Position numbers and translations under genes: made by a program. Below the pieces are notes generated by a model. That model searched no databases, was not told the origin of the DNA, and saw only the letters and a list, made by a program, of their open reading frames with translations. A stretch of DNA of 64,000 bases from Nanobdellota archaeon (GTDB lineage: Archaea > Nanobdellota > Nanobdellia > Pacearchaeales > GW2011-AR1): the NCBI GenBank assembly GCA_049324275.1, contig JBMOLG010000001.1, forward strand, positions 47,606-111,605, in the 5' to 3' direction. Shown here piece by piece: positions 58,353 to 64,000 of this stretch. Positions within the stretch are counted from its first letter, which is position 1; every line of letters begins with the position of its first letter.

Positions 58353-58997
58353 ATGAAATATAAATATTTAGCATCATCTGAGGCGAGAAATGAAATAAGA
58401 GCTATCTCAAATAATTTAGCCGAATATCTGCATGAAAATCAAATCAAAAGCATTATTTTTTTAGACCGGTCGGCCAGGCTCGGCTATATCGGACTTAGAT
58501 ACGCATGGAGCGACTTGTACCCTAATGAAAAATGCCCCGATGTTTATTTTACAAATCCTGAAGTGTATAAGAGAAATAGAAAGATTGCCATAAAAGAATT
58601 TGATGGGAAATACAAAAGATTAGCTAAGAATAAAGAATCTAAGATCATGTTATTTGACACTTATATATGTACGGGGGACACAATTTATTCTGTAAAGAAA
58701 GTTATGAATAAAACAGGATATAAAAATATTGAACTAGGAATATCAAAACCTAAAAGCCCAAACATTTTAGCAGTATTAGCGAGAAAAATTAAATTTCAAG
58801 ATAAAACAAATTTTCATGCTTTAAATTACATCCCCAATTATATGTGCTGTCCATTTGGAAAAGATTCAATGGTTGAAAAATCAAAAAATAAAATATTTTC
58901 ATCAAGAACAAAAAGCATGATTAATAGAAAAAAATCTTTAGAACTCAGGGCGGAAATAAAAGATATTTTTGAAACATGGTTAAGTTTGAAAGAATAA
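58353..58997 (+). CDS. Phosphoribosyltransferase-like protein
   Basis: IIFLDRSAR and PRPP-loop-like IMLFDTYICTGDT. Confidence 0.6.
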   Translation: MKYKYLASSEARNEIRAISNNLAEYLHENQIKSIIFLDRSARLGYIGLRYAWSDLYPNEKCPDVYFTNPEVYKRNRKIAIKEFDGKYKRLAKNKESKIMLFDTYICTGDTIYSVKKVMNKTGYKNIELGISKPKSPNILAVLARKIKFQDKTNFHALNYIPNYMCCPFGKDSMVEKSKNKIFSSRTKSMINRKKSLELRAEIKDIFETWLSLKE

Positions 58998-59221
58998 TAA
59001 CAGAACTATTTGATAAGTATACATATGGAAAGATAAAGGCATTAAACAGAGCATCAGAAATGCAAGAGGGCGGTCAAATACAGTTGATATACCTCAAAGA
59101 TAACGAAGCAAAATACAGGATTCGGAGAGAACAACTTATTGATGGACAGTCAGAGACCATTACTTACTATATTTATTTTGTAAAGGATGAGAATGGACTT
59201 TGGAAGATTGATAGGTTTTAA
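58976..59221 (+). pseudogene. Probable C-terminal fragment (NTF2-like) of a larger foreign protein
   Basis: AKYRIRR...YYIYFVKDENGLWKIDRF resembles the end of an NTF2-like fold; no independent start. Confidence 0.45.
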
Positions 59222-59233
59222 CAGTAGAAACGA

Positions 59234-59332
59234 AAGTATTTTAAAGTCAATTGATTAACCATCTGTAAAGTTGCATCCTGCAATTGAGATGGAGGAAGTA
59301 TTTTAAAGTCAATTGATTAACCATCTGTAAAG
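59234..59332. repeat. 37-bp perfect direct repeat x2 with 25-bp spacer
   Basis: AAGTATTTTAAAGTCAATTGATTAACCATCTGTAAAG at 59234-59270 and 59296-59332. Confidence 0.95.
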
Positions 59333-59363
59333 AGGTGAATAGTACGGATTACAAATCCCAAAG

Positions 59364-59684
59364 ATGAACGATAAAAAAACAGAGGTGAAAGAATACTCTT
59401 ATTCCTTAATTGCAAGTCTTATTTGTTCAACTTTAGGTAATTATATTGGTATTTTGATATTGTTTGGGTTATCAAAGATGCCTTTACAGTATGACTGGAT
59501 TTTTGCTATCATCCTTTTTTTACTCTCATTTTTTCTAAGGCTAGGGTTAGGGATTCTATTCTCGGTATTGAGTATCAATTATTTTTGTAAAAAATACCAT
59601 TTTTCTTTAATAGCTAAGATTTTCCTAATTTGTACTAATGTTATCTGGTTGGTTTTTTTTATCTTCTTTTTACATCATTGGTAA
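59364..59684 (+). CDS. Small membrane protein
   Basis: Three hydrophobic segments. Confidence 0.6.
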   Translation: MNDKKTEVKEYSYSLIASLICSTLGNYIGILILFGLSKMPLQYDWIFAIILFLLSFFLRLGLGILFSVLSINYFCKKYHFSLIAKIFLICTNVIWLVFFIFFLHHW

Positions 59685-60118
59685 CAGGAATTCAAGATTT
59701 AGATCTTGAAAAACATTTTCAGGTAATTGATCCAAGCTTTAAAAGAATTTTGCCATACAAGAATTCAGGTTATTTTATCACTAGTTTATCTAGAAAAGAT
59801 TATCCATTTTCAAATTATAATGACTTAATATTAGGAGATTACTCTTTAAACCCGTATCTTAAATTTTCCGATAAAGCGTGCAGGAAAAGGCCTATTGGAT
59901 TTAATGATGAAGGGAAATTAGTATTCTTGACAGCAAGTTTTCATGATTTAATGGGATTGAAAACACAAGACTTTAATCCAAAAACAATTTTATGCCTGAA
60001 ATTTAAGGAAAGGCAAAGTAGTTATGAACGAGATTATGAAACAATTTGGAATGATTTAAGTTTTATTCAAAATAAAAAATTAGAAGATCTAGTGTATAGG
60101 TCAGAGAGATTCCATTAA
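59678..60118 (+). CDS. Hypothetical protein (possibly 5'-truncated)
   Basis: TTG start overlapping the upstream stop. Confidence 0.45.
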   Translation: MVTGIQDLDLEKHFQVIDPSFKRILPYKNSGYFITSLSRKDYPFSNYNDLILGDYSLNPYLKFSDKACRKRPIGFNDEGKLVFLTASFHDLMGLKTQDFNPKTILCLKFKERQSSYERDYETIWNDLSFIQNKKLEDLVYRSERFH

Positions 60119-60152
60119 AAGAGACTAATAAGCCTTTAATTTTTAATTATAA

Positions 60153-60734
60153 TTAAGAATATTTTTGCATCAGGCCTTCAAACCAATTTGTTAAAGTTTT
60201 ATTGCTCTCGTCAATATCCCACAATCTTATTCCCTCTAAAATTTTTAATTTCCCCACTTCTTTATCTTCCGCATTTCTTATGTGCAATAAAGCATGATTT
60301 AGATGATATAAATTTTTTATCAGGCTTTCTAAGAAATGAGTCTTGAAAATTTTTAAAGAGTTACAAGTTGCAGTTTTGGCTGGAAAAAAATTTATCTGAT
60401 TTATTTTTCCCCCTTCAAATATTGTTGCATTATCTTTTTCATTAGGAACTGGGATAAATGGCCAATATCCCTTAGGTTGAAATGTTTTTTTGTTTTCATT
60501 AAATTCATAACTGATAGTCGAATGAGGTATAACCCCATTATTTCTACAGTCTACAGCATACCTTTCAGGTTGAGAAGTACTAAAATCAATACCAAGCGCC
60601 AGAAATTCAAGTCTTTGAATACACGCATCAAAAGGCAGAGTTTGAATAGTTTTGAGATATATGCCTTGGGAATGCTTGTTTGTAAAATAATCCATATAAT
60701 TACACTTTAAGTTAATTTTTAAAGATTTTGACAT
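60153..60734 (-). CDS. Hypothetical protein
   Basis: 193-aa ORF. Confidence 0.6.
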   Translation of the reverse strand: MSKSLKINLKCNYMDYFTNKHSQGIYLKTIQTLPFDACIQRLEFLALGIDFSTSQPERYAVDCRNNGVIPHSTISYEFNENKKTFQPKGYWPFIPVPNEKDNATIFEGGKINQINFFPAKTATCNSLKIFKTHFLESLIKNLYHLNHALLHIRNAEDKEVGKLKILEGIRLWDIDESNKTLTNWFEGLMQKYS

Positions 60735-60759
60735 AGTATTATATTTTTTGAATTATAGA

Positions 60760-61506
60760 TTAGCCTTGAAAATCTAAGCCTGCAAAAGTTTGAATCTGAT
60801 TTTGAAAACTTTTTTCAGAATACCCTTTTTCTTTTAAGATTTCTACAAATGATTTTATGTTTGCGTCTTTGCATGGACCCCTGCATCCATAGCATTTAGT
60901 CTTATTTGAAGGGCACAATGCTTTGCATCCGCCATTTGTTATCGGTCCAAGACATATCTCGCCTTTTTCAAGAAGACATGCATTTGATTTTTTTCTGCAT
61001 TCAAAACAGACCGGATCTTCATAAGGATTAAATGGGATTCCTAAAACGAAACATTTAATGAATCTTAAGATTTCTTCCTTTGAAGGCGGGCATTGAGGGA
61101 TATAATAATCAACTTTTATATGCTTGTTTATAGGCGTAGGGTCTTCTGATTTTAAATGATTATATCTCGGATAAACAAAACTCATTACTTTTTCTTGATC
61201 TGAAAAATTTTTTATTGACGGGACGCCGCCAAAGCATGCACATGACCCTAAAGCAATTATTTTATCTGCCCGTTTTCTTAAATCATTTAAAACAATTATG
61301 TCTTCATCAAAACACACGGTTCCTTCAATAAACAATAAATCAAAATTTCCATTATAATTGTTTTCCTTAACAAGAGGGAATGCTTTTATTTCAACAAGTT
61401 CACAGATTTCCTTGAATGTGTCTTCAAAAAGGATCGAAAGCATGCAGCCGGCACATCCAGATATGCCGTATACTCCGATTGTTGGCTTTTTATTTTTAGT
61501 TTTCAT
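60760..61506 (-). CDS. hydD: [NiFe]-hydrogenase small subunit (group 3b delta-like)
   Basis: SGCAGC, IEG, ALGSCACFGG, IPQCPP, PVCFEC, CLGPITNGGC.A.CP...CYGCRG. Confidence 0.92.
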   Translation of the reverse strand: MKTKNKKPTIGVYGISGCAGCMLSILFEDTFKEICELVEIKAFPLVKENNYNGNFDLLFIEGTVCFDEDIIVLNDLRKRADKIIALGSCACFGGVPSIKNFSDQEKVMSFVYPRYNHLKSEDPTPINKHIKVDYYIPQCPPSKEEILRFIKCFVLGIPFNPYEDPVCFECRKKSNACLLEKGEICLGPITNGGCKALCPSNKTKCYGCRGPCKDANIKSFVEILKEKGYSEKSFQNQIQTFAGLDFQG

Positions 61507-61786
61507 TTTTCTTTTTCTTTAATTTATCCTCTTTTCCATATAAAAACCATCCATAAAGAACAAATAAAATTGTCAAAGTCGCAAATGTATTACTGATAAT
61601 AATTGGACTGCTTTTTATTTCGATACCATATAATAACCAAATGATTATAGATGTAGTCTGAAATGAATATGTTAAGATTGAAAGGTCTTTTGCACTTTGC
61701 CTTTTGAAAATTTTATAAGCCTGCGGAATGTTTGAAAATCCTTCGCCAAGCCCAAAAATTGTCGCTAATATTGATAAGAGAGTCAT
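61496..61786 (-). CDS. SemiSWEET/PQ-loop family transporter
   Basis: IPQAYKIFKRQSAKDLS, WLLYG, PIIISN. Confidence 0.85.
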   Translation of the reverse strand: MTLLSILATIFGLGEGFSNIPQAYKIFKRQSAKDLSILTYSFQTTSIIIWLLYGIEIKSSPIIISNTFATLTILFVLYGWFLYGKEDKLKKKKNEN

Positions 61787-61851
61787 TATTCACCTCATCA
61801 AACCAAATTTATAATTTTATTTAAATTTAACTAAATAAAATATTCATTAGC

Positions 61852-62676
61852 TTATACTTTACTAAGAGTAGTCAGTCTATTTTTTGAACAACTGATTTTC
61901 TTGGCATAATTATCATTGGCAAATCCTGCATTTAATAAATCAACACTACATTCCAATCCATGCAATGTAATAGCTCCTTTTGGTGTTACCCTATAAATTT
62001 CATCGGCTAATTTTTGTTGATATTTAACAAGCGCTTCAAATCCTGACTCTGCACCATATAAAACTCCTGATTCTAAAACACCAAAACTGCATATTATTGC
62101 AGAATTATCATCTTGTCTCATCAAATAAGTCAAACCATCGAAATTATAATTAGGATCAACAGATTCATAATTCTTAGCTCCAAGTTTCAAAAAAAGATTT
62201 TTATTAATTTGTCGTCCGGCATCTCCTAATTCTATAATATTGCGTCCATTAATTTGTTCTCCTAAATATTCCCTGAATTTTCTGTTTGAATTGCATATTG
62301 TGTACAAATCATAAGATGCACCCGGTTCTTGAGTAGATGTTGAAGGCACTGAAATAAAATATTTAATTAAATTATAAGCTTCTTTCTTAGTAAAATGTCT
62401 TAATAATTCAGGGGAAATTTTCTCATGGATTGCTTCAGCCTCCATTTTTCTTTGTTCTTGTTTGCTCACTACTTCATTGCCAACAGGTTCGTTATTAATC
62501 CAGTCAGGCATCTCATCAGAATTATCATCTACTGTCAAAATTGAAGGGCTTTGATAAAGTGGCTTATCAGATTTTGATCTAGCCATATAAGAACGTGATA
62601 TTATTGGTTTCTTAAGCAGTCTTGCCTTTGGGGCTTCCGGCCTAAGAATATCTTTTTTGTTTTTTGATTTTTCCAT
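61852..62676 (-). CDS. Divergent SAM-methyltransferase-like protein with disordered N-terminus, paralog of 33377-33997
   Basis: IIELGDAG, YESVDP, DGLTYL.RQ.DNSA, KL..EIYRVTP.G. Confidence 0.65.
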   Translation of the reverse strand: MEKSKNKKDILRPEAPKARLLKKPIISRSYMARSKSDKPLYQSPSILTVDDNSDEMPDWINNEPVGNEVVSKQEQRKMEAEAIHEKISPELLRHFTKKEAYNLIKYFISVPSTSTQEPGASYDLYTICNSNRKFREYLGEQINGRNIIELGDAGRQINKNLFLKLGAKNYESVDPNYNFDGLTYLMRQDDNSAIICSFGVLESGVLYGAESGFEALVKYQQKLADEIYRVTPKGAITLHGLECSVDLLNAGFANDNYAKKISCSKNRLTTLSKV

Positions 62677-62714
62677 AGACGCTAATAATAATTCGCCTAT
62701 TTAAATCTTTCTTT

Positions 62715-62740
62715 TTGTAACTACTTTTTAATAATTAAAA
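62715..62740. promoter_or_regulatory. Palindromic operator-like motif
   Basis: TTGTAACTACT-TTTT-AATAATTAAAA; centre 21 nt from TATA. Confidence 0.45.
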
Positions 62741-62743
62741 ATA

Positions 62744-63556
62744 CTAAAGATATTCTGTTTTATTTGCACTTGCTTCATTCTCTAATTTGGGCTTCAAAAT
62801 ATCATAGCGGAATACTGGCCCATCTTTGCAGACATAAATATCTTGTATCAAACATCTTCCACAGTTACCCATTCCGCATTCCATCCGTCTTTCCATGCTC
62901 CAATAAATTTTGTTATTTTTTAATCCAAAATTGTTCAAAACTTCTGAAACAGAGGACATCATTATTTCAGGCCCGCATAAAAATGCAATTGTATCTTTTA
63001 CTGAAAATTTGTTTTTTGAGATTATTTGATGCAAAAATCCTTCTTGAAAATTATTCTTTTTTTCTTTTTTATCCAGGCAAATTGTGACATCAAATTTTTT
63101 TTGCCATCTGTCAATTTTACCTTTCAACAAAATATAGTTTTCATTTCTGAATCCAAAGAATATTTTTACATTTCCAAAATCTTTTCTGTTTTTCTCTACA
63201 TATTCAATCAAGGAAGTAATTGGCGCAATCCCTGTTCCTCCTGCAATCGTAATTAAATTTTTTTTCTTTAACTTTTTGATTGGGAATCCTTTTCCATAAG
63301 GTCCGCGGATAAAAATCTCATCATTTTCTTTTAGATTAAATAAAGCAGAGGTAACAGAACCTGCATCCCTTACAAGAATGTCTAAATAATTATTTTCATA
63401 AGAACATGAAGCCAGAGGGCATTCGCCTATTCCCAAAATTGAGACTTCAAAAAATTGCCCAGGCAAAGGGTTTAAATTAGATTTGACCCGGATTAATTTG
63501 ACGTCAGGCGTGAATTTTTTTATATTGATAATTTTGTATTTTTGCGGAATGTACAT
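62744..63556 (-). CDS. hydG: FAD/NAD(P)-binding hydrogenase subunit (group 3b gamma-like)
   Basis: PGQF, RGPYGKGF, AGGTGIAP, CGPEIMM, ERRMECGMGNCGRC...VCKDGPVF; the same fold occurs in PyrK. Confidence 0.85.
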   Translation of the reverse strand: MYIPQKYKIINIKKFTPDVKLIRVKSNLNPLPGQFFEVSILGIGECPLASCSYENNYLDILVRDAGSVTSALFNLKENDEIFIRGPYGKGFPIKKLKKKNLITIAGGTGIAPITSLIEYVEKNRKDFGNVKIFFGFRNENYILLKGKIDRWQKKFDVTICLDKKEKKNNFQEGFLHQIISKNKFSVKDTIAFLCGPEIMMSSVSEVLNNFGLKNNKIYWSMERRMECGMGNCGRCLIQDIYVCKDGPVFRYDILKPKLENEASANKTEYL

Positions 63557-63624
63557 GTAAGTTTAATTTCCTCTTTTATATAATAGTAGAATTTATTTTA
63601 TTTAAACTTTTCAATATGTGAAAA

Positions 63625-64000
63625 TTATCTTTTTTGAAAAATTGAAAAATAGTTATGACCATAATAAAATTTATCAGAATAATCAATCATTTTCAAACCA
63701 AGTGGATTGAATAATCCTTCTAAAGATTTTTTATCATAAAGCCTTGCGTTAGGAATAAGTTTAAGCTTATTAACCTCATAAACTAACTCAAATTCTTTTT
63801 TAAGCTGATTAAATAAATTTTTCTTTTCTAAGTCTATTTTTATATTATTAAATAAATCTTCAGTTGAAATTAAACTTTTTGGGCCTGAAACCGTTATGAT
63901 TCCATCCGATTTCAAAACATTATACAGTCTTTCTAAATATTTTTCAGGGCTTTTTAGATGGTATAAAACATCCATCATATTGATTCCAGAAAACATAATT
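63625..64000 (-). CDS. Class I SAM-dependent methyltransferase (5' partial)
   Basis: FSGINMMDVLYHL..P..YL..LYNVLKSDG. Confidence 0.75.
   Translation of the reverse strand, partial: IMFSGINMMDVLYHLKSPEKYLERLYNVLKSDGIITVSGPKSLISTEDLFNNIKIDLEKKNLFNQLKKEFELVYEVNKLKLIPNARLYDKKSLEGLFNPLGLKMIDYSDKFYYGHNYFSIFQKR

Noticed and set aside
59234..59332. Mini CRISPR array (37-bp repeats)
   Set aside because: Only two repeats, a short 25-bp spacer, no cas genes in the window, and the repeat looks like a promoter.

Overview
AT-rich archaeal chromosome segment, most likely a DPANN archaeon of the Pacearchaeota/Woesearchaeota type. This is inferred from the archaeal ribosomal proteins S6e/S19e/L15e/L31e/L39e, aIF5B, CDC48, short TATA-led genes, a BHB-type tRNA intron and many orphan ORFs. 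Housekeeping genes (valS, rnj, ychF, cdc48, pyrB) are mixed with a pfkB-fba-tpi cluster and a dispersed group 3b-like [NiFe]-hydrogenase (large, small and FAD/NAD subunits plus hypA, a hypC fusion and a maturation protease). Accessory content includes a tyrosine integrase + PD-(D/E)XK nuclease pair beside a perfect 26-bp palindrome, a type III R-M locus whose mod gene has an in-frame TAG, an SNF2 + Cys-rich gene pair, several pseudogenes and tandem orphan paralogs. Three tRNAs are present: His-GUG, Lys-CUU and Ile-GAU (47-nt intron). The most unusual signal is non-coding. tRNA-Lys is followed by two extra copies of its own 3' end, each interrupted in the T-arm by a 50-60 nt hairpin insert, and the tRNA-Ile intron is a twin hairpin with the same AAAATC-N2/3-GATTTT core as one of those inserts. 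This suggests a miniature tRNA-targeting palindromic element. Also seen: a recurrent 26-bp palindromic operator-like motif and several short perfectly identical patches between otherwise divergent coding sequences. All protein calls are from motif recognition by eye; no searches were run.
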